Shown piece by piece: positions 34,735 to 44,962 of a DNA stretch of 64,000 bases. Under the pieces are notes generated by a model. The model did not search any database, had not been told where the DNA came from, and saw only the letters and a list, made by a program, of their open reading frames with translations. Each line of letters starts with the position of its first letter. Position 1 is the stretch's first letter. Source of the stretch: Candidatus Fermentibacteraceae bacterium. GTDB lineage: Bacteria; Fermentibacterota; Fermentibacteria; Fermentibacterales; JCC-6. Both the position numbers and the translations under genes were made by a program. The DNA lies in NCBI GenBank assembly GCA_046485185.1, contig JAWOHL010000041.1, positions 3,299-67,298 on the forward strand, written 5' to 3'.

Positions 34735-36540
34735 CTATAGAAGGTAGTTGAAGTTCATGCTGGCATGCCAGTAGCTGGGGTCGCCGGACATCCGGAACGT
34801 CCGGGTGATGTTGGTGGACAGCACCCCTCCCAGGATCGTTATCACGCTTCTGATACCCACGTGATGCAGGTGATCGTCTGTGCTTACGCTCTGGTCGAGG
34901 CGGTTGCTCCACACGTATTCCCAGCCGTAGCTGGGGGTTATCCCCACATTGGCCGACACGTGGAACCCCAGGTTGAACGTCAGCCGCGAATTCACGGCTT
35001 CGTAGGTTCGTGAGAACAGCCTGTTCTGGTACCGCCCCTGATCCCTGAAGGCAAAGGTGTGTCTTACGCCGAGAACGGTGCTGTCGCTGCTCACGCGGTC
35101 GAAGGTGAAGAACGAATCGAGCCTGCGGCTGAGCCGGTTGCCCCCGCTGGCGTAGTCGGGGAAGAAGTAGGTCGTGTAGTCGGCGCTGAGCTTAACCGCA
35201 TGGTCGACCTTCCAGCCGCTGCCCACTTCGCACTCGTACCCCGGGCGGACGCTGTATGTGGAACTGCGGCTGCTCTGGCCGGACATCGCGGCCATGAGGA
35301 AGATGGTCTCACGGCGCTGACCCTGCATCTCCCCCTTAAGGGTGAACCACCGGTTGACGGGTATTCTGGCGGTGATCCCCAGAAGCTCACGGAGTTCGTC
35401 GCTGTCGGTGTTATCCTGGTAAGTGTTCCCGAAACTGTCTTCCCAGACCCCTTCGGTATCCTTCCTGTAGAGGTTCACGACCCTGTGGAAAGTGACGTTG
35501 CTCGACCCGGGCGTGTACATGAGCCTGAAGGAGAGAAGACGGTCATCGGTGTTCTTTGTGACATCGAAAAGGTTCTGTACGCCTGTGATCTGGACCTTGT
35601 AGTCCTCGTCCTCAAGTGCCCGCGAAACGCTGATGTCGAGATCGATGTCATCCATCATCTCCCACACCATCGTGCAGCCGATCCGCCTTCCGTTGGTCAG
35701 CTTGTCGCGGTAGTCTCCGTCCTGTGTGGAGTCGGGGTCAAGCTCGGTGTACAGCGTGGTGTCGTAAGTCCAGTTTCCGCTCATCTCCATGAAGATGCCG
35801 GGGATCAGCTCGGGCAGGACGAGGCTTTCGGAATGGTTCCATTCGTCACCATTTTTCCTGTACCCGTCATCGTAATGCCTGATGAAATTCCTGTTGGCGC
35901 CTATCTCGGCGTTGAAGCTTCCGCCGTTCCATGAGTCGGGAAAGTTGTAGCCCACCCTGGCGGAAATATTGTCGCGCCCGGTATCGGACACGTTGCCGAA
36001 CGCCCGGGATTCGGTAACGCTCAGGTTGGTACTGAGGACCCTGAAAAGCCTTCGGTTGACTGTTGCGCCCATGTCGTAGAGCGTTCCGTCATTGGTGGTG
36101 AGCGTGTCGTGGGTCACGTTCCAGCTGTCCTTCGTGTGCAGGCCGGCCTGCATGTTCATTGTAACCCAGTCTGCAGGAGCATACCTGAGAGACCCGATGG
36201 CGTTATCCGCCACCTCGTCCCTGAGAGCCACACCGTGTGTCTTGTCGACAACGATCGACCTTGTGACGGATGTTGCAAGCTCCATCCCGCCCCTGGGTCT
36301 CCAGCTCAGCCAGCCCCTGCCGTTCCGCGAATCACTGAATCTTCCCTGGCCCCAGTTCCGAAGCCCCTGGAACGTGGTGGCCCCGTTGAGGCTCAGGTGG
36401 CGGGAGAGCTCCTGGGAAAAGGTGAGGGAGTTGGAAAGGGTCGTCTCGAGCCTCCCCTGTTCCAGGCCAAGGTTGTAGTTGGCGTTCCATGCCGCAAGTA
36501 AACCTGCGATAAGCAGAATGACTGGAAGGCTTCTTTTCAT
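34735..36540 (-). CDS. Large outer-membrane beta-barrel protein, unknown family
   Basis: Signal peptide MKRSLPVILLIAGLLAA. About 580 aa of alternating strand / Asp-Asn-Gly-rich loop pattern with no soluble N-terminal domain. ATGA overlap with the rsmA stop. Confidence 0.55.
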   Translation of the reverse strand: MKRSLPVILLIAGLLAAWNANYNLGLEQGRLETTLSNSLTFSQELSRHLSLNGATTFQGLRNWGQGRFSDSRNGRGWLSWRPRGGMELATSVTRSIVVDKTHGVALRDEVADNAIGSLRYAPADWVTMNMQAGLHTKDSWNVTHDTLTTNDGTLYDMGATVNRRLFRVLSTNLSVTESRAFGNVSDTGRDNISARVGYNFPDSWNGGSFNAEIGANRNFIRHYDDGYRKNGDEWNHSESLVLPELIPGIFMEMSGNWTYDTTLYTELDPDSTQDGDYRDKLTNGRRIGCTMVWEMMDDIDLDISVSRALEDEDYKVQITGVQNLFDVTKNTDDRLLSFRLMYTPGSSNVTFHRVVNLYRKDTEGVWEDSFGNTYQDNTDSDELRELLGITARIPVNRWFTLKGEMQGQRRETIFLMAAMSGQSSRSSTYSVRPGYECEVGSGWKVDHAVKLSADYTTYFFPDYASGGNRLSRRLDSFFTFDRVSSDSTVLGVRHTFAFRDQGRYQNRLFSRTYEAVNSRLTFNLGFHVSANVGITPSYGWEYVWSNRLDQSVSTDDHLHHVGIRSVITILGGVLSTNITRTFRMSGDPSYWHASMNFNYLL

Positions 36541-37352
36541 GGACCCACCTCCTCGGCCATTGCGGCGAAGCCCTCGGGCGGCACCCTTTCCGCCCTGAGG
36601 TCGGCGCAGACCCCGACGCTGCCAAGTATAGCCAACGCCCGGTCCTTTCCATAGACCCTGGCCAGATTGTTCACGATCTTCTTCCTTCGGGATGAAAAGG
36701 CGGCCTTCACGATCTCGACGAACCTTGGATAAAGCCGTGGGGAGAGGGGAGGGCTTGTTTTCCTCTCCAGAAGCACAACCATGGATTCAACCTCGGGGCG
36801 GGGAAAGAACTCCCACGGACCGGCCTCGAACAGCATCGACACGCTGTAGTGGGGCCATACGGCCAGGGCAAGCCGTCCGTACTCCCTGCCCCCTGTCGTG
36901 CACTCGAGCCTTACGGCGACCTCCCTCTGAAGCATCAGCACCGCACGGGAGACCGATTGAAAACCGGGTTCGCAAAGCCTGACCACAGCCGGTGTGGATA
37001 TGCTGTAGGGAAGGTTCGAAGCCACCGCGGAAAAGGGATGACCCGGCAGTTCATCCGGAACCGCCTTCAGAAAGTCCTGCTGAACCACGCTGAGCCCCGG
37101 CATGAGTTCCCTGAGCCTGAGGCTCATGGCCTGGGATATCTCAAGAGCGGTCACTGAGAGGCCCCTTGCCATAAGGGCTTCGGTCAGGGCTCCGAGACCC
37201 GGGCCTATCTCAAGGACCGGCCCGTCGGGAACACCCAGTGATGCGGCTATCCGCTGAGCAAGCAGGGGGTTCACAAGAAAGTTCTGCCCAAGCCCCTTGT
37301 CGGGAACGATGCCGAGCGCGTTCAGGGCCTCACGGGTGGCGGCGGTGTTCAC
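36537..37352 (-). CDS. rsmA: 16S rRNA (adenine1518/1519-N6)-dimethyltransferase
   Basis: KGLGQNFLVNP, VLEIGPGLGALTE, NLPYSISTP. The GTG 37352 start (GGGAGGGG SD) overlaps the upstream stop. Confidence 0.9.
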   Translation of the reverse strand: MNTAATREALNALGIVPDKGLGQNFLVNPLLAQRIAASLGVPDGPVLEIGPGLGALTEALMARGLSVTALEISQAMSLRLRELMPGLSVVQQDFLKAVPDELPGHPFSAVASNLPYSISTPAVVRLCEPGFQSVSRAVLMLQREVAVRLECTTGGREYGRLALAVWPHYSVSMLFEAGPWEFFPRPEVESMVVLLERKTSPPLSPRLYPRFVEIVKAAFSSRRKKIVNNLARVYGKDRALAILGSVGVCADLRAERVPPEGFAAMAEEVGP

Positions 37353-38725
37353 TGCCCCTCCCTGATCAGGACGGGCAGCTCCAGCCTCTCCGCGAGAGCT
37401 CTCACCTTCGGGATGTCCGCCCCTGAACCCTCGACGGCGGTGAGAACGGCGGGTATCGAGAGCCTTTTCACCATCCTGATGAACCCCATCAGGTTTTCCC
37501 ATCCGCAGTCGGAGGCACCGGGGCATACCCTTGAGTACTCGGCCGCGCCCGAGGCGTTCAGACTTATGCTGACCCTGTCAAAGCGGCCCAGCATGGTTTC
37601 GGCTTCCTTCTGGTTCATGTGGCCAAGGCAGAGCCCGTTCGTGTTCAGACGGGTCCTTCCCCCCCCTGATCGTGCCTGTTCCGCCGACTCACAGAGAAGA
37701 TCGGGCCTCATGGTGGGTTCACCGTAACCGCAGAAAACAACCTCATCGTACCCGGCAGGGTCCGTGACCGACAGGGCGGAAAGCACCGCTTCCCGGGAAG
37801 GCTCGATCCGATGCCTCAGGTTATAGCCCCCAAGGCCGTCCTGACGGCTCCTTATGCAGAAACCGCACGATGAGTTGCACTTCCCCGTGATGTTGACGTA
37901 AAGCTTCCCGCTCATGGGGTACACGAGATGGGTCCTTCTGCTTCCGGGAGAGAGGCGGAATGCGCGAAGCGAGTTGCCCCACAGGATTTCGAGAGCCTCA
38001 CTCACGGAAAGGTTCCATTCCAGTGCGATCCGTCCCGCGGTCAGAGTGGTGAGGGCGGGCTCGTTCCTGCCGCCCCGATGGGGTACGGGAGTGAGGAAGG
38101 GAGCATCCGTCTCGGCGAGGATCATCTCCCGGGGTATGAGCCCGAGGTTCCGGGCAATCTCACTTTTCCGGTAAGTAACCGCTCCGGTTATGCCGAAGTA
38201 AAAGCCCCTTTTCACGGCCCGGGAAGTGATATCGCCCGAACCGCACCAGCTGTGCAGGATGACGGGAAAACCCGGGTCCTGCGGAAGACAGTCCAGAACC
38301 GCCCCTTCAGCTCCCCTGGAGTGAACGACAAGGGGGAGGGCAAGGTCAGCGGAAAGATCTATATGTTTCCGGAACCAGTGGGTCTGGACTTCACGGGGAA
38401 ACCTGTCCCTGTAGAAATCGAGGCCCGTTTCACCAACGGCGGCGGCCTGCGGAAGAAGTGACAGCCCCGCCACCTCTTTGAATGCCGGGTCGGATGCTCC
38501 CTCGAGATGGTTCGGGTGAAAACCCGCGGCCGACCACAGGCCGAAGTCCCGTGCCAGGGAGCTTGAACGGATGCTGGAAGCAAGGTCGATCGACGGGACC
38601 AGAATGCCGCGGACACCGGCATCGAAAGCCCTGCCGACAACCGCTTCGAGGTCGGGACGGAAGTCGTCGAAGTGAAGGTGACAGTGAGTGTCGAAGAGCA
38701 GTCCGGGCCACTGGGAACGGTTCAC
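37349..38725 (-). CDS. Fusion protein: TatD-family metal-dependent hydrolase + TatD-associated radical SAM domain
   Basis: N-terminal half: LFDTHCHLHFDDF, GETGLDFY, HSR, ETDAPFL. C-terminal ~200 aa: YVNITGKCNSSCGFCIR (CxxxCxxC), FCGYGEPT. Confidence 0.8.
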   Translation of the reverse strand: MNRSQWPGLLFDTHCHLHFDDFRPDLEAVVGRAFDAGVRGILVPSIDLASSIRSSSLARDFGLWSAAGFHPNHLEGASDPAFKEVAGLSLLPQAAAVGETGLDFYRDRFPREVQTHWFRKHIDLSADLALPLVVHSRGAEGAVLDCLPQDPGFPVILHSWCGSGDITSRAVKRGFYFGITGAVTYRKSEIARNLGLIPREMILAETDAPFLTPVPHRGGRNEPALTTLTAGRIALEWNLSVSEALEILWGNSLRAFRLSPGSRRTHLVYPMSGKLYVNITGKCNSSCGFCIRSRQDGLGGYNLRHRIEPSREAVLSALSVTDPAGYDEVVFCGYGEPTMRPDLLCESAEQARSGGGRTRLNTNGLCLGHMNQKEAETMLGRFDRVSISLNASGAAEYSRVCPGASDCGWENLMGFIRMVKRLSIPAVLTAVEGSGADIPKVRALAERLELPVLIREGQ

Positions 38726-38727
38726 CC

Positions 38728-40002
38728 TCAGGTGTCCCGCCGGATCAGATGGTCACGGTCGGGTCCGGTTGAAATAGCCCTGATGGGCGCTCCGGTGAGC
38801 TTCTCCAGGGTTTCCACGTAACGTCTGGCGTTTTCGGGAAGGGCTTCCCAGCGGGTCTCGCCGCGGATATCCTCCTTCCAGCCCGGCAGGGTCTCGTAGA
38901 TGGGAATGTGGGCACCGAGCCTGACGCCGGTCTCGAAAAGGGCCAGGTCCTGCTCGGGGTCGAGTTCGTACCTGGTACAGACATGAAGCTCGTCGAAGCC
39001 TGACAGAACGTCGAGGAGGGTCAGGGTTATCCAGTCACACCCGTTGAGGCGCGTGGCGTACCGGGCCAGAACGCCGTCGGCCCAGCCGCACCTTCTGGGA
39101 CGCCCGGTGGTGGTGCCGTATTCATTTCCGGCCTTCCTTATTCTCTCGCCGGTTTCGTTGAGCTGTTCAGTTGGGAAGGGGCCTTCCCCTACACGGGTGG
39201 AGTAGGCTTTGAGTATCCCCACGACCTCTCCGACCCGGTTGGGGCCGAACGCGAGGCTTGTGCACGCGGCTCCGCTCACGCACTGGCCGCATGTGACATA
39301 GGGGTAGGTGCCGTGATCGGGGTCGAGCAGCGTGCCCTGTGCCCCTTCGGCTATCACGGTGCCGTTCTCCTCGAGAATGCGGGATATGGTGTACGAAACA
39401 TCCCCCACGTACCGCGCCATGGAAAGGGACGCTTCAATGAATGCCCCGGTATCCTTCAGAAGCGCTTCCCGCGCCGCGCCGTCGAGTCCGAACTCCTGAG
39501 CGCACTGATCCGCCTTCTCACGGCACCTCGCCGAGAACTGCGCGGGCAGAGAGATGTCTTCCAGCCTGATACCCCTGCGGCGGAACTTCTCCACATATGT
39601 GGGTCCGATACCCCGCCCGGTGGTGCCGATCCTGCGGTCAACACCTGTTTCGGAGAAGGCTTCGGCCACCCTTGCCGCGGGATGGACCAGATGCACCTTT
39701 CCACTCACCAGAAGCCTGTCCGCAACCGTGACGCCGGACTTCTCCAGATCATCGATCTCACGGAGCAGGGCCAGGGGGTCCACCACGCAGCCGGACCCGA
39801 TCATCCCCGCGACTCCCTGCCTGAGAACCCCCGAGGGCAGCATATGCAGTGCGTACCTTCCCATAGGGGTTTCAACGGTATGCCCCGCGTTGGCCCCACC
39901 GGAAAACCTGGCCACCGCCGAAGCGTCAAGGGCCAGGTGATCCACCATCTTGCCCTTGCCCTCGTCTCCCCACTGAAGCCCCACAATGATCCTTACAGGC
40001 AT
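38728..40002 (-). CDS. purA: Adenylosuccinate synthase
   Basis: IVGLQWGDEGKGKMVDHL, GTTGRGIGPTY, TTGRPRRCGW. Confidence 0.95.
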   Translation of the reverse strand: MPVRIIVGLQWGDEGKGKMVDHLALDASAVARFSGGANAGHTVETPMGRYALHMLPSGVLRQGVAGMIGSGCVVDPLALLREIDDLEKSGVTVADRLLVSGKVHLVHPAARVAEAFSETGVDRRIGTTGRGIGPTYVEKFRRRGIRLEDISLPAQFSARCREKADQCAQEFGLDGAAREALLKDTGAFIEASLSMARYVGDVSYTISRILEENGTVIAEGAQGTLLDPDHGTYPYVTCGQCVSGAACTSLAFGPNRVGEVVGILKAYSTRVGEGPFPTEQLNETGERIRKAGNEYGTTTGRPRRCGWADGVLARYATRLNGCDWITLTLLDVLSGFDELHVCTRYELDPEQDLALFETGVRLGAHIPIYETLPGWKEDIRGETRWEALPENARRYVETLEKLTGAPIRAISTGPDRDHLIRRDT

Positions 40003-40010
40003 TTTTCCCC

Positions 40011-40610
40011 CTAATCCACCGTTACCTGCACGAGCCAGCGAAGCAGTTCCCTTATCCCCGAGCCGCGAACCGATGAAACGGGGATCACAGGGCCGAGTTC
40101 CCCGGCTTTTTTCCTGGATTCCGCCAGTTTCGATGCCCCCAGTTTGTCGCTCTTGGTCAGGGCGACAATGTAGGGTTTACCGCAGCCCCTGAGGAACTCC
40201 GCCATTTGAACGTCGCTCTCCATCTCGGGATGCCTGCAGTCCACAAGAAGGACCGAGCCCCTCAGAGGGCGCCTTTTGCCGAGGTAGTCCTCCATCCAGG
40301 AAAGCCATCGGGACCTCTCGGCCCCAGGCGCCCTGGCGTAGCCGTAGCCCGGAAGGTCAGCGACGTAGTAGCCGAAATTGCTGGTGTAAATGTTGATGAA
40401 CCTTGTGCACCCCGGGGAGGAACTGGTACGGGCCACCGCGGTACCCCCCGCCAGGCAGTTGATGAGCGACGACTTCCCCACGTTGGAACGGCCAGTGAAG
40501 GCCACTTCGGGCCTGCCGTCGTCCGGAAGACCCACTCCTCCAGGGCAGCTCCTGAGAAAGCTGAGCGCAAGTCCCGGCAATTCAGACCGCTTTCCGTCCC
40601 CTTCGGGCAA
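40011..40610 (-). CDS. yihA: Ribosome-biogenesis GTPase YihA/EngB
   Basis: [34 protein letters not shown]. The ORF-track TTG 40610 overlaps clpX by 29 nt; TTG 40580, just after the clpX stop, is an alternative. Confidence 0.85.
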   Translation of the reverse strand: MPEGDGKRSELPGLALSFLRSCPGGVGLPDDGRPEVAFTGRSNVGKSSLINCLAGGTAVARTSSSPGCTRFINIYTSNFGYYVADLPGYGYARAPGAERSRWLSWMEDYLGKRRPLRGSVLLVDCRHPEMESDVQMAEFLRGCGKPYIVALTKSDKLGASKLAESRKKAGELGPVIPVSSVRGSGIRELLRWLVQVTVD

Positions 40611-41829
40611 TTATTCTTGGTTTCTTCAAGCCCTTGACGCATGCCTCGTCCACTACCAGGGTTCCCGACTTTTCCTTCGCGTCAGGGATCGTGTACATGG
40701 GTTCAAGAAGGACCCTTTCGAGGATCGACCGAAGTCCCCTGGCACCGCTTTTTGCCTTCCTGGCTTCAAAAGCGATGGCTTTCATGGCATCCGGGGTGAT
40801 CTCGAGTTCGAGGCCCTCGAGGCTGAACAGATACGAGTATTGCTTCATGAGGGCATTCTTCGGCTCGGTCAGAACCTTCACCAGGGCTTCCTCGTCGAGG
40901 TCCTCGAGTGTCACCACCACGGGAAGCCTGCCGACCAGTTCAGGGATGATGCCGTAGCGCACAAGATCGTGGGCTTCCACGATATCGAGCGAACATGATT
41001 CCTGACGGTCAGCCTTGATGTCGGCTCCGAAGCCCATGGCTCCGTGGCTGATACGGGATTCGATGATCTTGTCCAGCCCGTGAAAGGCCCCTCCGCAGAT
41101 GAAGAGGATCCCGGACGTGTCGATGTAGATGTTCTCCTGGTACGGGTGCTTCCTGCCGCCCTGGGGGGGGACGCCCGCAACGGTACCCTCCACTATCTTC
41201 AGAAGGGCCTGCTGAACGCCCTCGCCGGACACGTCACGGGTGATGGAAGGGTTTTCTGACTTGCGGGATATCTTGTCCAGCTCATCGATGTAGATGATCC
41301 CGTGCTGGGCCTCTTCCACGTTCATGTCGGTGACCTGGAGCAGCCTGAGCAGGATGTTCTCGACATCCTCGCCCACATAGCCGGCCTCGGTGAGGGTCGT
41401 AGCGTCGGCGATGGCGAACGGGACCTCGAGTATTCGGGCGAGGGTTCGTGCGAGAAGGGTCTTGCCGACCCCGGTGGGGCCGAGGAGGAGGATGTTGCTC
41501 TTCTCGAGTTCCACGTCGCTTGTCCCCTGGTGGTTGGCCAGAAGCTTCTTGTAATGGTTGTAAACGGCAACGGACAGAACCTTTTTTGCCTTTTCCTGCC
41601 CTACCACGTACTGGTCCAGCTGGTCCTTTATCTCACGGGGTGACGGAAGCCCCTTGCGGAAAAGGCCGGGGACCGACTTCTCTTCGGGCTTTCCCGGCGT
41701 TTCGGTGATTATCTCGCTGCAGTACCTCACGCAGTCGTCACAGATGAAGACGCCCGGCCCCTGGATGAGCTGGTTGACCTCCCCCGACGCCCTGTTGCAG
41801 AACGAACAGCGGTTCTCCTTCGGCATCAC
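40582..41829 (-). CDS. clpX: ATP-dependent Clp protease ATP-binding subunit ClpX
   Basis: Zinc finger CSFCNR...CDDC, Walker [23 protein letters not shown]. The true start may be ATG 41826. Confidence 0.95.
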   Translation of the reverse strand: MMPKENRCSFCNRASGEVNQLIQGPGVFICDDCVRYCSEIITETPGKPEEKSVPGLFRKGLPSPREIKDQLDQYVVGQEKAKKVLSVAVYNHYKKLLANHQGTSDVELEKSNILLLGPTGVGKTLLARTLARILEVPFAIADATTLTEAGYVGEDVENILLRLLQVTDMNVEEAQHGIIYIDELDKISRKSENPSITRDVSGEGVQQALLKIVEGTVAGVPPQGGRKHPYQENIYIDTSGILFICGGAFHGLDKIIESRISHGAMGFGADIKADRQESCSLDIVEAHDLVRYGIIPELVGRLPVVVTLEDLDEEALVKVLTEPKNALMKQYSYLFSLEGLELEITPDAMKAIAFEARKAKSGARGLRSILERVLLEPMYTIPDAKEKSGTLVVDEACVKGLKKPRIIARRGRKAV

Positions 41830-42420
41830 TCACACCCTCTTGTCAAGAATGTTGTCCACGATCCCGTACCCGACCGATTCGGCAGCGTTCATCCAGAAGT
41901 TCCTGTCGGTGTCCTGGGCTATCTTCTCGATGGGCTGGCCGGTGCATTCCGCCAGGATCAGGTTCATCTCCTCACGGATCTTCAGTATCTCACGGGCCTC
42001 GATCTCGATGTCGCTTGCCTGTCCCCTCACGCCGCCGCTGGGCTGATGGATCATCACCCTGGCGTGCGGGAGGATGTTCCTCTTGCCCTTCGCGCCGGCG
42101 GCCAGAAGGACTGAAGCCATGCTGGCGGCGCTTCCCATGCAGAACGTGGCGATGTCGGGCCGTATGAACCTCATGGTGTCGAAAATGGCAAGACCCGCGG
42201 AGACCGAACCCCCCGGGCTGTGGATGTACATGTTGATGTCCTTCTTGGGGTCCTGGCCTTCAAGAAAGAGAAGCTGCGCGACGACGAGACCCGCCGTCTG
42301 TGGAGAGATGACGTCACCGATGAAAACAATGCGGTCTTTCAGCAGCCGTGAATAGATGTCGTACGAGCGTTCGTAGTTCCCATCCCTCTCCACGACGAAG
42401 GGAATCACCGATGACATCAC
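41830..42420 (-). CDS. clpP: ATP-dependent Clp protease proteolytic subunit
   Basis: [35 protein letters not shown] overlap with the tig stop. Confidence 0.95.
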   Translation of the reverse strand: MMSSVIPFVVERDGNYERSYDIYSRLLKDRIVFIGDVISPQTAGLVVAQLLFLEGQDPKKDINMYIHSPGGSVSAGLAIFDTMRFIRPDIATFCMGSAASMASVLLAAGAKGKRNILPHARVMIHQPSGGVRGQASDIEIEAREILKIREEMNLILAECTGQPIEKIAQDTDRNFWMNAAESVGYGIVDNILDKRV

Positions 42421-43658
42421 TTATCCTCCTTGCCGGGCTTTGCGTCAACCGCGACCCACTTCCAGGAAGCCTCGGGTTCAACTTGTTTATCCGCTTGTTC
42501 GGCGTGAGGTTCCGCGACGGTTTCCACGGCGTCCGAGAGTACGAGCTCAAGGGCCCTCTCGTTGCGAAGCCGATCGAGCGCCGAGGAGGCCGAGCCCCCT
42601 GCGGCCTCTTTCTCTATCTCCTCCGGTGACACCGGTATGCCCTCCACGATGGCTATCTGCCTGAGTATCAGGAATTCCCTGACTTTTCGTTCGGCCAGCT
42701 CCCTTATCGTCTTTTCGGTTTCCGGTGTCGATTCGCCGTCTTCGAGCCGCTTTGAGTAATCGCGGGCAAGGTTGTCCACCATGAACGAGGGTGGATCGAA
42801 CACGTTGGACGAGAGCAGGCTGTCCAGCGCCACCGATTCCACGAACGACCGGCGCTCGGCCTGATGCTTCTCACTGATGTTCTCGCGCAGTTTCTGTTTC
42901 AGTTGTTCCATGCTCTCGAACCCACCGGCGGTTTTCGCGAAATCATCGTTCAATTCAGGGTTTTTGGGTTCCCTTACCTCCACGACAGCGAACTCGGTGG
43001 CCGGGGGCTCCTCTTCGAGGCCGGGGAAGTCCATTCGGGCCGAGAACCTGTCTCCTGCGGAGAGGCCGGGAAGAAGATTGTCGAAACCGGGCCCCATGTT
43101 CTCCCTGCCTATGACGACCGCCGCGCGCCGGGGTTCCCCCGCCTCGCGCGAGGGGTACTCGATGACCACGAGGTCTCCGTCGGACGCAGGCCGTTCCACA
43201 GGTTCGAACGAGACGAACCGGTTTCGGATCTCTGAAAGGGCTTCCTCGAGAGCCTCGTCCTCGTCAAAACCGGGGACGGCGATGGAAATGCCCCTGTATC
43301 CGGTGGGCGCCGGTGTCTCAAAGAGGGTGTAGGTAACCTCGTAGTCGTAGTCACGGCCTTCCGCGGGAAGGACCGGCTTGAACTCGGGTTCGGCATCGGA
43401 GAGGATCCAGTCGTTTTCCTCGAATAGAACGTCGGACATCTCACGGTGTGCTTTTTCAGCCACCTCGGAGAGTATCAGGTTTCCGAACTTCTGTTTCAGG
43501 ATCGACGAAGGGACCTTGCCCTTCCTGAAACCGGGAACGACGATGTCCTTCTGTATCTCGCGCCTGACCTCCCGAAAAAGCCTGTCCACGCCCTCGGCAT
43601 CCATGTGAAAACTGACGGTTTTTCTGCCGGACTGATCCGTTGTGACAATGTAAGACAT
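42417..43658 (-). CDS. tig: Trigger factor
   Basis: [10 protein letters not shown] motif, central PPIase-like region and C-terminal arm. Start taken at [10 protein letters not shown]. Confidence 0.85.
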   Translation of the reverse strand: MSYIVTTDQSGRKTVSFHMDAEGVDRLFREVRREIQKDIVVPGFRKGKVPSSILKQKFGNLILSEVAEKAHREMSDVLFEENDWILSDAEPEFKPVLPAEGRDYDYEVTYTLFETPAPTGYRGISIAVPGFDEDEALEEALSEIRNRFVSFEPVERPASDGDLVVIEYPSREAGEPRRAAVVIGRENMGPGFDNLLPGLSAGDRFSARMDFPGLEEEPPATEFAVVEVREPKNPELNDDFAKTAGGFESMEQLKQKLRENISEKHQAERRSFVESVALDSLLSSNVFDPPSFMVDNLARDYSKRLEDGESTPETEKTIRELAERKVREFLILRQIAIVEGIPVSPEEIEKEAAGGSASSALDRLRNERALELVLSDAVETVAEPHAEQADKQVEPEASWKWVAVDAKPGKEDK

Positions 43659-43696
43659 TTGATTTCCGCTCTTGGGTGTTGCGTTCAATGACCTCT

Positions 43697-43720
43697 GCTG
43701 CCCGGGTGGTCCCGGGCAGC
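43697..43720 (-). other. Perfect GC-rich hairpin between ybgF and tig (terminator or processing site; no U-tract)
   Basis: 10-bp stem gctgcccggg / cccgggcagc with a 4-nt loop. A second 6-bp hairpin lies at 43732-43747. Confidence 0.35.
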
Positions 43721-43763
43721 TCATGTCCTGACCGGCAAATATGCCGGATTTGTTTGTTCCCCG

Positions 43764-44441
43764 CTACCTTCCGGTGCGCTGCCGGATCAGTCTGGCCTCG
43801 TCACTCTGGGGGTATTCCTGGAGGATTATGGCCTCAAGTCTGTCCCTCTCGGTTTCGGCGGTGTGAAGGGCGTAGATCGCCGCCGCCCTGGCCAAAGCCG
43901 ATGCGGTCCTGTCCCCCGACGGGTACATGAAGTAGACGGCCACCAGTTCCTCGATGGCCCGGTGGGGATGGCCCAGGGCCTGGTTGCAGAGCGCGGCGAA
44001 GTAGAGGGCGTCGTCCGCCAGGACGCTTCTGGGGTAATCGGTGTAAACCTGCCTGAACCCCTGGGCTGCCCTGGTGTAGTCGCCCTGCTGGTACTGCCTG
44101 AATGCGTCTTCGTATATGGGCTCGGCCGCCCCCGCCTCTTCGTCCTGCCCCACCCTGGCCTGCGAGAACCTCGCCAGAGCGGCCTCGAGCTGGCTCACCA
44201 GCTCACCGAGTTGCTGCGTGGCATCGGAATCACGCATACCGGCCTGGGCCTGGATCCCCCTTAGGAGATGCTGGTTTCTCTCGACCCCGGCCGCTATGGA
44301 ATCAACATCGATCCGCATCTCCTCGTGGGAGACCTCGAGTTTCTCGACCCTTCCCGGCGCCTTGGACCACGTGGAAAGCCAGCACCCGCAGAACAAAGGC
44401 AAGAGAAAGACCGCGTGAAGAGCCCCCCGCTTCATCGACAC
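43764..44441 (-). CDS. ybgF: Tol-Pal system protein YbgF/CpoB (TPR)
   Basis: Signal peptide, coiled-coil segment, then TPR repeats (YEDAFRQYQQGDYTRAAQGFRQV...DDALYFAALC). Positioned immediately after pal. Confidence 0.7.
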   Translation of the reverse strand: MSMKRGALHAVFLLPLFCGCWLSTWSKAPGRVEKLEVSHEEMRIDVDSIAAGVERNQHLLRGIQAQAGMRDSDATQQLGELVSQLEAALARFSQARVGQDEEAGAAEPIYEDAFRQYQQGDYTRAAQGFRQVYTDYPRSVLADDALYFAALCNQALGHPHRAIEELVAVYFMYPSGDRTASALARAAAIYALHTAETERDRLEAIILQEYPQSDEARLIRQRTGR

Positions 44442-44947
44442 TATTCCGGCATCACCCGCAGGTGAACCCTGCGGTTCTGGGAGAATGCGTACTCGTCCGA
44501 GCCGGTGGAGAAGGGTCTTTCTTTCCCGAAGCTGACAGTTGAGAGCCTGGACGCGGGAATGCCGTAGTTCACCAGGTACTGGTAGACCGACTGGGCGCGC
44601 CTCTCACCAAGTGCAAGGTTGTAATCGACTGTACCGCGCTCGTCGCAGTGGCCTTCGAGAAGAACCCTGAAACCCGAGTTGCTCATCATGTAGCCGGCGT
44701 CGAACATCAAAGCCTCGAGGGCGGCGCTGCTCAACTCGTTCGAGTCGTACTCGAAGAACACGTCGCGAAGGGCTTCCTGATGCCTGGCAAGGGCAGCGTT
44801 AAGGGCGACCATGGGGTCTTCCTCCCAAACGCCAGTGACAAGAGTGTCGCTCACGACCACATCGTCCTCGATAACGGTCGTGCGGCCGCAGCCGGCAGAG
44901 GCGACCAGAAGCGAAAGCAACCCAGCCGTCAACACGAGCTTCTTCAT
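44441..44947 (-). CDS. pal: Peptidoglycan-associated lipoprotein
   Basis: Lipobox LLVASAGCG. FFEYDSNELS...LEGHCDERGTVDYNLALGERRAQSV...RRVHL. Confidence 0.85.
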   Translation of the reverse strand: MKKLVLTAGLLSLLVASAGCGRTTVIEDDVVVSDTLVTGVWEEDPMVALNAALARHQEALRDVFFEYDSNELSSAALEALMFDAGYMMSNSGFRVLLEGHCDERGTVDYNLALGERRAQSVYQYLVNYGIPASRLSTVSFGKERPFSTGSDEYAFSQNRRVHLRVMPE

Positions 44948-44962
44948 TTTTCCCGTCCTTCT

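Noticed and set aside
40582-40610. A 29-nt overlap between the clpX 3' end and the yihA ORF start, considered as a possible programmed frameshift or fusion.
   Set aside because: An in-frame TTG at 40580, immediately after the clpX stop, gives a normal-length YihA. No slippery heptamer was seen.
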